From positions 5,895 to 69,894 of the forward strand of contig DASZVJ010000034.1 in NCBI GenBank assembly GCA_035547155.1: DNA of 64,000 bases, written 5' to 3'. A program made the position numbers and the translations under genes. Within the stretch, counting starts at the first letter, position 1. Each line of letters starts with the position of its first letter. Source of the DNA: Vicinamibacterales bacterium. Its GTDB lineage: Bacteria > Acidobacteriota > Vicinamibacteria > Vicinamibacterales > SCN-69-37. The notes beneath the pieces were generated by a model that did no database searches, was not told the origin of the DNA, and worked only from the letters and a program-made list of their open reading frames with translations. Below, piece by piece: positions 40,013 to 48,525 of the stretch.

Positions 40013-40390
40013 ATGAGCGATGGAATTGACGACGTCCGTCGAGCGATCGATGCGCTGAACGCCGCGTGGCGCGAGCGGCGCTTCGCAGATCTGGCCGCGT
40101 GTCTCGACGAGCACGTCGTCATGCGCGGGCCCGGCCTGGTCGAGCTCGCTCGCGGGCGCGACGCGCTCGTCACGAGCTACGCGGACTTCATGGCGAAGTC
40201 GGACATCACGGAGTACGTCGAGTCAGGGCACGCCATCGATCGATGGGGCGGCACGGCGATCGCGCGTTTCGACTGGTCGATGACGTGGATCCAGAACGGC
40301 AAAGAGGATCGCGCGTCGGGCCAGGATCTGTTCGTGTTTCAACAACGCGGCGCGGACTGGATCGCGGTCGAGCGCATCATGCTCTATTGA
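40013..40390 (+). CDS. SnoaL-like/DUF4440 (NTF2-fold) protein
   Basis: Size and pattern fit: IDALNAAWRERRFADLAACLDEHVVMRGPG...GTAIARFDWSMTW...DLFVFQQRGADWIAVERIM. Confidence 0.55.
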   Translation: MSDGIDDVRRAIDALNAAWRERRFADLAACLDEHVVMRGPGLVELARGRDALVTSYADFMAKSDITEYVESGHAIDRWGGTAIARFDWSMTWIQNGKEDRASGQDLFVFQQRGADWIAVERIMLY

Positions 40391-40412
40391 GCGCATGAGT
40401 CGCAGCGGTCCG

Positions 40413-41438
40413 TCATCCCCACGGCGCCGCGTACGTCTCGTCCCGCAGGATCGCGCGAATCGCTTTCGAAATGACGCCCAGCTTCAAGTTCTTGTTATTG
40501 TCCACGAGGATGACGGTCACGCCCTTCTCCAGGTCGATCGTCATCAGCGCCTCGAAGTTGCGTGACTGGCCGTCGTGCTCGCGGAACGTCAGCGTGTCGC
40601 CATTCCACACCGTCTCGCCCAGACCGCCGTTGCGCGGGTTGAAGCTGTGACCGAGGGTTGCAATGGATCGCTGGCTGATGATGGTGCCCGCGTGGAGGCA
40701 CTGCGTCCAGTTGTACAAATCGCGCGCGGTCACATAGACGACGCCCGTGATCGGCACGTCGGTTGGATCCTGCCCGAACCCGTTGTTGAACGACTTGGCG
40801 ATGAACGGCGCGTCTGAGGCGGGGTTCAGCGTCGACGAGGTCATGCCGCACGGCGGAAAGATGCGGCGTTCGACGAAGGTATTGAACGGCGCACCCGTGA
40901 GCCGCTCGACGATGAACTGCCGCAGCGAGACATTGTTGTTCGTGTAGCTGAACGTCGTGCCGGGATCGGATTCGAGCGTCGTGATTTTCAGCAGGTCCGC
41001 GTAGACGTCGCGATCGTTCTTGATCGTGTTCCAGTTGATCTCGGGAATGCCCGACGTGTAATCCAGCAGCTGCCGGATCGACACACGCGCCGCCCATGGC
41101 GGCAACTCGGGCAAGTACTTGGACACCGCGTCGTCGATCGCGAGCCGGCCCTGCTCAGCCAGCATCATGATCGAGACGGCGCTGAACTCCTTGGTAATCG
41201 ATCCGATGTTGAATCGGTGCTGCAGCGTCAGCGGTGTCTGCAGCGCGGCATCCGCGTAGCCGATCGCCTGCTCGTAGACGATCGTCCCCTTGCGCGCGAC
41301 GAGCACGTTGCCGTTGAAGATGCCGCGCGCGTGGGACTGGCGCATCAGCCGATCGATGCGATCCGCCGGGGATTGTCTCGCCGCGGAAACGGATATCGAC
41401 AGCGCGCCAGCGACCACACACAGGCACATCGTCCTCAT
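40413..41438 (-). CDS. Serine hydrolase, beta-lactamase/penicillin-binding (class C-like) family, secreted
   Basis: Signal peptide (MRTMCLCVVAGALSISVSAA). SxxK motif in FNIGSITKEF. Downstream YTNNNV (Y-x-N). Confidence 0.8.
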   Translation of the reverse strand: MRTMCLCVVAGALSISVSAARQSPADRIDRLMRQSHARGIFNGNVLVARKGTIVYEQAIGYADAALQTPLTLQHRFNIGSITKEFSAVSIMMLAEQGRLAIDDAVSKYLPELPPWAARVSIRQLLDYTSGIPEINWNTIKNDRDVYADLLKITTLESDPGTTFSYTNNNVSLRQFIVERLTGAPFNTFVERRIFPPCGMTSSTLNPASDAPFIAKSFNNGFGQDPTDVPITGVVYVTARDLYNWTQCLHAGTIISQRSIATLGHSFNPRNGGLGETVWNGDTLTFREHDGQSRNFEALMTIDLEKGVTVILVDNNKNLKLGVISKAIRAILRDETYAAPWG

Positions 41439-41507
41439 GCGGCGTTGGACGAGAAGTGAGGCGCGGGCGTTGCCGTCGGACCTGATGGTGCGTGCGACAA
41501 TGGTCCG

Positions 41508-41861
41508 ATGGCGCCTGTACTACTGATTGGACTCGACCCGCATACGATCCCTGGCTTTGATCCCGCACCGGTCGAGCTGGCGATCGCGATCGGACAGAAG
41601 CGGTTCGACGAAGCGGGCATCGACGTGGACACGTGCCTTGTCGCGATCGACGACCAGGCGCGTGCGACCATCGCCAACGCGCTGCAAGCCAAGCCCTACG
41701 GCGTCGTCGTCATCGGCGGCGGAATCCGAAAGCCGGACGAGGTCGTCGCACTCTTCGAGGACGTCATCGACCTCATTCGTCGTCACGCGCCGCAGGCCGC
41801 GATCGCGTTCAACACGAATCCGGTCACGAGCCTCGACGCGGTACAGCGGCGATCCTCCTGA
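41508..41861 (+). CDS. Hypothetical protein
   Basis: Clean ORF between well-supported genes with balanced amino-acid composition (MAPVLLIGLDPHTIPGFDP...). No family recognised. Confidence 0.4.
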   Translation: MAPVLLIGLDPHTIPGFDPAPVELAIAIGQKRFDEAGIDVDTCLVAIDDQARATIANALQAKPYGVVVIGGGIRKPDEVVALFEDVIDLIRRHAPQAAIAFNTNPVTSLDAVQRRSS

Positions 41862-41939
41862 CGTTCGGTCCGCGCGTGCGAGCTCCGTCGGCTCCGGCCG
41901 ATCGGGGACGGCGCGCAATCGCCTCGTTGATTGGTGCGC

Positions 41940-44606
41940 CTATTCGCTCCTGAGCGACACGATCGGGTCGACGTTCGATGCCCGCCTGGCGGGCAGATAG
42001 CTCGCGAAAAGGCCGACGACGATCATCCACGCCACGGCGGCGACGAATGTCAGGAGATCGATCGGCGCCACGCCGAACAACAGGCGTCCTAACGCCGGCG
42101 CGGCGCCGAGCGCCACGATCGTGCCCGCCAGCACGCCCGCGCCGACGATCTGTGCGCCCTGGCGCACGACCATCCGCCGCACGGTTCGCGGCTGGGCGCC
42201 GAGCGCCAGCCGCACGCCGATCTCGCGCGTGCGCTGCGCGACGATGTAGGAAAGGGCACCGTAGAGACCAACCGCGGCCAGCACGATGGCGAGCCCTGAA
42301 ACGAGTCCAAGCGTGAGCATCGTGAACGACAAGTCGCGCATCTGCCGCTCCGCGAGAAACTGCATCGTGTAAGCGCGGTAGACGGGCGCTTCAGGCGCGA
42401 CCTGCCGTACGAGCGCCTGCACGTCGGCGCCGATGCTCTCGGCGCGCGTGGTTCTGATCACGTACCCGGGCGACGTCACCATCCACTCTCGCGGATCGTG
42501 GCCGGTCAGCGGATAGTAGACGAGCGGCTGCGCCGGCCGGCGCCAGTTCTCCTGGATCACGTCGTCGACGACGCCAACGACGGTCTCCCATGTCGGCGCG
42601 CGATCGCTCGTCAGCCGGCGTCCGATGGGATCGGCATTCGGCCACAGCAGCTTTGCGGCGCTCCGGCTGATGATGACGTTGCCGCGCATGCCGAGCGCAT
42701 CGTCGCGGGTGAAGCCACGGCCCGCGAGCACCTTGATGCCCATCGTCTCGTAGTAGTCAGGTCCAGCGATGGTGAACGCCAACCGCACGGCGCCGTCCTC
42801 GGGCGCGCCATCGACCATGAATCGCGCCGACTCCGTGCCTTCGTCGAGCGGCATGTTGTCGACGATGCCGACGGATTGGACGCCGGGTAACGCCCGCAGA
42901 CGATCCATGAAATCCAGGTGAAACTGCGCCCACGACGGGCCGTCGGTCAGACGCGGCTGCTTGGGCGCGAACTGGAACGTGAACAGGTCCTTCGTGCTGT
43001 AGCCGGGGGAGACATGGCTGAGCCTCGCGTAGCTGCGCAGAAGAAGACCCGCGCCGACGAGGAGCACCAGCGCCAGAGCCGTCTGGCCCGCCAGCAGCGC
43101 GTCACGTTCCCAGCGACGACGTCCGGTGACGCTGCGCGTCGACGCGCGCATGTCGAGCGCGCGCACGCTCGACGATCGCAGGGCGGGCACCACGCCGCAG
43201 ACCAGACCGCTGCCCAGTGCGAGCACGAACGTAAAGGCGATCGTCGTGAAGCCGATCGCCGCAGCGGCCAGGCGAGGGACGTTGACGGGGGCCAGGGCCA
43301 CGAACACGGGCAGCGCGACGCGCGCGCACACGACGGCCAGCACCGCCGCGGCGAACGCGACGACGATCACCTCGGTCATCTGCGAGCGGATGATTTGACT
43401 GCGCTGCGCGCCGATCGCCTGCCGGATGGCCACTTCGTGCCTCCGGTTCTCGGCGCGGACTCCGAATAGATTGGTGACGTTCGCGCAGGCGATGACGAGC
43501 ACGATGAGCGCCGCGGCAAACAGTACCGCCAGCGGCCGCGTGACCGATCCCAGCATCTCGGTGCGCAGCGGGCGCGCCACTACCTGCAGACGCGGAAGCA
43601 GGCGCGCGTAGGCGGCGTTGTTCCCGTAGCGATCGGGGAGCTGACGCAGCAGGCCGGTCAGTTCCCGCGCGACGTCGTCTGGACTTGCGCCGGGGTGCAC
43701 GCGGGCGATCGCTCCGCCGCCGGGCTGACCGAGACGGTCAGCCGAGGGGCGGACGTCGAAGGGCGTCCACGCCGCGATGTTGTCGCTCGGAAAGCCGAAC
43801 TCCGGTCCCATCACGCCGATGATGGCGCGCGGCTCGCCATCGACGATGAAGGTCTTGCCGATGACGTTCGGATCGCGACCGAGCCAGTCCCGCCAGATCT
43901 GATACGACAGCAGCGCGACGCGTCCGTGATCGTCGGGTCCCGGCAGACGTCCAAGCACGGGTCGCGCCCCGAGCGTGGCGAACAGGTTGTACGTTACATC
44001 GGCGAGCCGCGGCCGTTCGACGCGGTCGCCGATGCGCAGCGTGCCCGTCCCGGCGGAATAGAGCGCGAAGTCCTCGACGAGGTGCGAGCGCTCGCGCACT
44101 TGCGGAAAGCTCTCGTCGAACAGTCCGAACTCGCCGGGAATCTCCGAGCCCGGCGCCGTGGCCGCGACGAACATCAGCCGGTCGGCGTTGGCGAACGGCA
44201 AGGGTCTGAGGAGCACAGCGTCCGCGACGGCGAAGATCGCGGCGTTTGCGCCGATGGCCAGTGCAAGCGTGACGGCCGTGACGGCGGCGAATCCCGGAGT
44301 CCGCGCCAGCGAGCGGGCGGCGAATCTCAAATCCCTGAGCCAGTGCTCGAACGTCCGCATGCGATGACCTTTCGTCTTGTTCGACAGATCCGACGGATCC
44401 ACGTTCCATGTCGGGCGGACCCACTCGGCGCACGCGGCGCCGGCAAGGTTCATCACCGTGTAGAGCGTGCACCGCCAGGCCGCGAGGCGCCCGCGCGACC
44501 GCGCCCGATCGATTTCCTCGCCGGCCATGGCGCGCATGGACGATCCGAACTCACGCCGGAATGCCGGCGGGAACAGAGCGACCGCGAGCCGGATGATTCG
44601 GGACAT
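41940..44606 (-). CDS. ADOP-type duplicated MacB/FtsX-like permease with a distinct N-terminal prefix domain (888 aa)
   Basis: ATG 44606, 5 nt after the PadR stop. N-terminal prefix (LFPPAFRREFGSSMRAMAGEEIDRA), then [39 protein letters not shown]. Two FtsX regions (ACANVTNLFGVRAENRRHEVAIRQAIGAQR and YIVAQRTREIGVRLALGAQP). C-terminus ASNVDPIVSLRSE. Confidence 0.9.
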   Translation of the reverse strand: MSRIIRLAVALFPPAFRREFGSSMRAMAGEEIDRARSRGRLAAWRCTLYTVMNLAGAACAEWVRPTWNVDPSDLSNKTKGHRMRTFEHWLRDLRFAARSLARTPGFAAVTAVTLALAIGANAAIFAVADAVLLRPLPFANADRLMFVAATAPGSEIPGEFGLFDESFPQVRERSHLVEDFALYSAGTGTLRIGDRVERPRLADVTYNLFATLGARPVLGRLPGPDDHGRVALLSYQIWRDWLGRDPNVIGKTFIVDGEPRAIIGVMGPEFGFPSDNIAAWTPFDVRPSADRLGQPGGGAIARVHPGASPDDVARELTGLLRQLPDRYGNNAAYARLLPRLQVVARPLRTEMLGSVTRPLAVLFAAALIVLVIACANVTNLFGVRAENRRHEVAIRQAIGAQRSQIIRSQMTEVIVVAFAAAVLAVVCARVALPVFVALAPVNVPRLAAAAIGFTTIAFTFVLALGSGLVCGVVPALRSSSVRALDMRASTRSVTGRRRWERDALLAGQTALALVLLVGAGLLLRSYARLSHVSPGYSTKDLFTFQFAPKQPRLTDGPSWAQFHLDFMDRLRALPGVQSVGIVDNMPLDEGTESARFMVDGAPEDGAVRLAFTIAGPDYYETMGIKVLAGRGFTRDDALGMRGNVIISRSAAKLLWPNADPIGRRLTSDRAPTWETVVGVVDDVIQENWRRPAQPLVYYPLTGHDPREWMVTSPGYVIRTTRAESIGADVQALVRQVAPEAPVYRAYTMQFLAERQMRDLSFTMLTLGLVSGLAIVLAAVGLYGALSYIVAQRTREIGVRLALGAQPRTVRRMVVRQGAQIVGAGVLAGTIVALGAAPALGRLLFGVAPIDLLTFVAAVAWMIVVGLFASYLPARRASNVDPIVSLRSE

Positions 44607-44611
44607 GCCGC

Positions 44612-44932
44612 CTACCTCGCGGTTCCGAGTCGGCGTTGCGCGAGTGCCGCGGTGCTCTTGAGCCGCTTGGCCTCGGCGATCAACGCCGTGCGCCCGGCGG
44701 GCGTGAGGCCGTAGTAGCGCCGGGCCAGGCCCGGATGCGGATCGATCGCACCTTCAGGTCGCGTCTCCCTGACCCACCCGAGCGTGATGAGACGCGCGAT
44801 GACGCGGTAGAGCGTGCCGGCGCGGGGCGTCTGGGTTCCTCCGGAATCGGCCGCCACGGCCTCTTTGATCGCGTATCCGTAGAGCGCCCCGCTCGAGAGA
44901 GCGAGCAGCACGTGGTAATCGAGCGGGCTCAT
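44612..44932 (-). CDS. PadR family transcriptional regulator (short subtype)
   Basis: Track ORF 44612..45367, trimmed to ATG 44932 (GGGAG upstream). YHVLLALSSGALYGYAIKEAV...GTLYRVIARLITLGWV...RRYYGLTPAG. Confidence 0.85.
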   Translation of the reverse strand: MSPLDYHVLLALSSGALYGYAIKEAVAADSGGTQTPRAGTLYRVIARLITLGWVRETRPEGAIDPHPGLARRYYGLTPAGRTALIAEAKRLKSTAALAQRRLGTAR

Positions 44933-44933
44933 G

Positions 44934-44973
44934 GCAATTACTCCCGTAGCAATTATGCACAAAGAGTAATTAT
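44934..44973 (-). promoter_or_regulatory. Three direct TAATT(A/G)C repeats / promoter-operator candidate upstream of the short PadR
   Basis: Plus-strand GCAATTAC (44934..41), GCAATTAT (44949..56) and GTAATTAT (44966..73), spaced 15 and 17 nt. The minus strand reads TTGTGG-18 nt-TAATTG, then GGGAG and ATG. It is the only AT-rich patch in this intergenic region. Confidence 0.35.
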
Positions 44974-45033
44974 CCACAACACTCGTCGACGCCGCCCCGC
45001 ACGGTGGGCTGTGCACGACGCGAACCGCTGGCG

Positions 45034-47745
45034 CTATTCCGCGCGCAGCGCGGCGGACGGGTCGATGCGTGTCGCACGGCGCGCGGGCAGCCACGCCGCC
45101 ATCAGTCCCACCGCCAACAGCAGCAGCGTGACGATCGTGAACGCGATGGGATCGGTCGGCGTCACGCCGAAGAGGAACGACTGCAGCACGCGCGTGACGA
45201 TGAGGGCTCCGGCGAGGCCGACGATCACGCCGGCGGCGACGATGCGGAGCGCGCGGGTGAGGACGAGACGGAGCACGTCGCGGCGCGTGGCGCCGAGCGC
45301 CATGCGCACGCCGATCTCGCGGCGGCGCTGCGTCACCGCGTAGGCCATCAATCCGTAGAGGCCGCACGTCGCGATGAGCATGGCGGCGATCGCGAACAGT
45401 CCCAGCAGCACCGTCCGGAAGCGCGGCGCCGCCACCGACGCGGCCACCGCTTCATCCATCGTCACGACGCCGGCGATCGGCAGATCGGGCGCAGCCTCGC
45501 GAATCTCCGTGCGGATGCCGTCGACCACGCTGGCGGGCGTGGACGTGCGCGCGACGAACGACACGAACCGCAGCAGGAACGGCGCGTCGCGCTCCTGCTG
45601 GAATGGCGCGTAGATCATCGGCTTCACGCCCCGATCGAGCCCCTGCTGATGGATGTCCGCGACCACGCCGACGACCGTCAGCCACTCACCGTCAGCGTGC
45701 ATGATCCCCAAGCGCAGGCGCCGGCCGAGCGCCGCACGCGGATCACCGGGAAAGTATTCGCGCGCGACGCGCTCGCTGACGATCGCGACTTTCGGCGCGT
45801 CCGCCGTGTCGCGCGCGCTGAACTCGCGTCCAGCCAGCAGCGGAATCCCCATGGTCTTGAAATAGCCCGACTCGATCTTCGGCATGCCAGCCGCCAGCGT
45901 GGTCGGCGGCTGTCCTTCGACCTCGTACGCGCCTTGGATGAACATCATGCCGAACGGCGCCGAGTTGATCACGCTCGCGGACGTCACGCCGGGCAGATGG
46001 CGGACACGATCGAGCACGCCTCGCGCGAACGTCTGCATGCGCTCGGGTGTCTGAGCGAGGCGCTCGGGCAGCGTCACTCTGACGACCTGCAAGACGCCGT
46101 CGCTCCCGCTCGATTCGAAGCCGGGCGACACCGACGTGAGGCGCACGAAACTGTGGATCAGCAGGCCCGCGCCGATCAGGAGCACGAGCGTCATCGCGAT
46201 CTGCGCGGCGACCAGCAGCGTTCGCAGCCGCTCGCCCTGCCGATCGCCGGTCGCGCGCGTCTCGCCGGCGTGCAGCGCGCGGGCTTCGCCGAATGCGACT
46301 CCGCTGACGCGCAGCGCCGGCATGAGGCCGATCAAGAGCGTGGAGAGGAGCGACAGGCCGAGGCAGAACGCCATCACGCGCGCGTCGATCACGATGCCGC
46401 CGACGCGCGGGAGCACGGCTGGCGGCACGAGCGGCAGCGTGACGTCGATCGCGATCCGCGCGAGCCACGCGCCGAGCGTCGCGCCCACGAGCGACAACAC
46501 GATCGCTTCCGTCAGCAGCTGGCGCACGATCCGTCCTCGTCCCGCGCCAAGCGCCATGCGGATGGACAGCTCGCCGCGGCGCGCGGTGAGACGCGCCATC
46601 TGCAGGTTCGCGACGTTGACGCAGGCGATCAGGAGCACGAACGACACGGCGCCGACGAGAACCAGCAGCAGCGTGCGCACCGACGCGGTGCCGGACTCCT
46701 GCAAGCCGGACGTGCGTGCGATCGTGCGCGCGTTGGCTTCGAACGCGCCAGCCTGCGCGAGCGCGCCGGCGGGGACGATCGGCGATCCGTTCAGCAGTGC
46801 CGTCAGCTCCGCTTCCGCGCGCTCCGGCGTCGCGCCCGGCGCCAGACGGCCCATCAGGACGAGAAACGCACTTTTGCCAGTGTCGCCGGGCCAGCGATCG
46901 GACAGAAAGAGATCCACCTCCGGCAATGCGCCGTTCCGAATCGCCGGCCTGAATCTGAAGTCCTGCGGAAGCACGCCAACGACGATGTGCGGGACGTCGT
47001 CGATGGTGATGGCCTGTCCGACAATCGCCGGATCGGCCTTGAACGATGAACGCCACAAGCGATCGCTGATGATCGCGCTGCCGTCATCGCCCTGCGCGGC
47101 GGCCCCGGTGAGGAACGCGCGGCCGCGTGCAGGACTGACGCCGAGCGTGGCGAAGAAATTCGGGCTGACTTGCATCGCCGGGATCTGCAGCGGCTCGCCG
47201 CGTCCGGTGAGCTCCACGTCGATCGGGTTATAGGCCGCGAGGCTCTCGAACGTGGTGACGCGCGTGCGCAGCCCGTCGTACGACATGGGCGCCCAGGTGC
47301 CGAACACCTTGACCCCCTTCGCGGTCTGCTGCGCCGACGAGATCATGACGAGACGATCCGGATGCGCATACGGCAGCGGACGCCAGAGCACGCCGTAGGC
47401 GACGGAGAAGATCGCGGTGTTGAGCCCGATCCCGAGCGCAAGCGTGGCGAGCGCGGTGGCGGTGAACACCGGATCGCGCCGCATCAATCGCAGCGCGTGA
47501 CGAATGTCCTGCGCGAAGGTTTCGATCGCCGGGAAGATCCAGGGCTCGCGCGACCGTTCGCGCAGCTGCAGCGGCGGCCCAATCCGCCGCCGTGCGGCCG
47601 CCCGCGCTTCGTCGCGGCTCAGACCGTCCGCGTCGGCGAGCGCGCGGGCCTTCATGTCCTCGTGAAAGCGCAGCTCGTCCTGCAGATCCCGATCGAGCTG
47701 CCTGCGCCGGAAGAGGAACAGCACACGTCGAAACAGAGAACCCAC
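45034..47745 (-). CDS. ADOP-type duplicated MacB/FtsX-like permease (903 aa)
   Basis: GTG 47745 with AGGAGG 5 nt upstream. N-terminus LFRRVLFLFRRRQLDRDLQDELRFHEDM, then IRHALRLMRRDPVFTATALATLALGIGLNTAIFSV. Two FtsX regions (ACVNVANLQMARLTARRGELSIRMALGAGR and AYAVTQRRREIGVRMALGAT). C-terminus ATRIDPSAALRAE. Confidence 0.9.
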   Translation of the reverse strand: MGSLFRRVLFLFRRRQLDRDLQDELRFHEDMKARALADADGLSRDEARAAARRRIGPPLQLRERSREPWIFPAIETFAQDIRHALRLMRRDPVFTATALATLALGIGLNTAIFSVAYGVLWRPLPYAHPDRLVMISSAQQTAKGVKVFGTWAPMSYDGLRTRVTTFESLAAYNPIDVELTGRGEPLQIPAMQVSPNFFATLGVSPARGRAFLTGAAAQGDDGSAIISDRLWRSSFKADPAIVGQAITIDDVPHIVVGVLPQDFRFRPAIRNGALPEVDLFLSDRWPGDTGKSAFLVLMGRLAPGATPERAEAELTALLNGSPIVPAGALAQAGAFEANARTIARTSGLQESGTASVRTLLLVLVGAVSFVLLIACVNVANLQMARLTARRGELSIRMALGAGRGRIVRQLLTEAIVLSLVGATLGAWLARIAIDVTLPLVPPAVLPRVGGIVIDARVMAFCLGLSLLSTLLIGLMPALRVSGVAFGEARALHAGETRATGDRQGERLRTLLVAAQIAMTLVLLIGAGLLIHSFVRLTSVSPGFESSGSDGVLQVVRVTLPERLAQTPERMQTFARGVLDRVRHLPGVTSASVINSAPFGMMFIQGAYEVEGQPPTTLAAGMPKIESGYFKTMGIPLLAGREFSARDTADAPKVAIVSERVAREYFPGDPRAALGRRLRLGIMHADGEWLTVVGVVADIHQQGLDRGVKPMIYAPFQQERDAPFLLRFVSFVARTSTPASVVDGIRTEIREAAPDLPIAGVVTMDEAVAASVAAPRFRTVLLGLFAIAAMLIATCGLYGLMAYAVTQRRREIGVRMALGATRRDVLRLVLTRALRIVAAGVIVGLAGALIVTRVLQSFLFGVTPTDPIAFTIVTLLLLAVGLMAAWLPARRATRIDPSAALRAE

Positions 47746-47769
47746 GGCACCCTCCTGCGAGTCAGGCCG

Positions 47770-48114
47770 CTACGTCGTCTTCATGACGCGCATGATCGCG
47801 CCGGAGATTTCGGAGAACCGCGATTCCTCGACGCCGAGCTGCTTCTTCCCCGCTGCCGTGAGCGTGTAGAAGCGCGCGCGCCGGTTGTTCACCGACGTCT
47901 TCCACTTGGCCAGCACCCAGCCCTTGATGAGCATTCGCTGCAGCGCCGGATAGAGCGACCCTTCTTCGACGGTCAGCACGTCCGCCGACAGCATCTGGAT
48001 GTGCTGCGCGATGCCGTAGCCGTGCATCGACTCGATCGACAGCGTCTTCAGGATCAACATCTCGAGCGTGCCGGGCAGGAGCTCGTTCTTGGTCTTCGTC
48101 TTGGCCTTTTTCAT
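47770..48114 (-). CDS. PadR family transcriptional regulator (ADOP-associated type)
   Basis: LLPGTLEMLILKTLSIESMHGYGIAQHI...EGSLYPALQRMLIKGWVLAKWKTSVNNRRARFYTLTAAG. I chose ATG 48114 (MKKAKTK); ATG 48129 is possible (see promoter). The track start 48162 is unlikely. Confidence 0.85.
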   Translation of the reverse strand: MKKAKTKTKNELLPGTLEMLILKTLSIESMHGYGIAQHIQMLSADVLTVEEGSLYPALQRMLIKGWVLAKWKTSVNNRRARFYTLTAAGKKQLGVEESRFSEISGAIMRVMKTT

Positions 48115-48133
48115 AGATCGTCTTTGCATAGAC

Positions 48134-48162
48134 AAACTATGAGAGATGACGACGGCTGTCAA
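48134..48162 (-). promoter_or_regulatory. Near-consensus sigma-70-type promoter TTGACA-17 nt-TAGTTT for the PadR-ADOP operon
   Basis: The minus strand reads cgcTTGACAgccgtcgtcatctctcaTAGTTTgtctATG. The -35 is the complement of 48157..48162 and the -10 the complement of 48134..48139. An ATG (48129) lies 4 nt after the -10 and the next ATG (48114) has no SD. Confidence 0.45.
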
Positions 48163-48525
48163 GCGGTGGTGAGCGATGCCAGCGCGTGCTTTCGACGTTC
48201 TAGCTCGTCACCGCGCGTGCTGGCTCCGTCGTCACCGCGGACGGAGCGTCGACGGACTCGGCCGTTTCCGCCTTCGCGCTGTTGGATGACGCCCGCGATG
48301 AGCGCTCCAGACGCCGCGCGATGTTCCACGCGGCCAGACGCATCGGATCTCCTCGGGCGCCTGCGCGCGGCGGTTGTACGAGCGCGGTCGGGTCTCTGCG
48401 CGAGTGATGACGGCTGGCGCGCTCGAGGCGCGCCGGCCGGCCGCATGGAGCGAATTTTGTGAGCGACGCACGATCGCCGCCCGGTGCTAATCTGCCGCGG
48501 GCTCAAGTCCCGGATGGTGAGGTCC

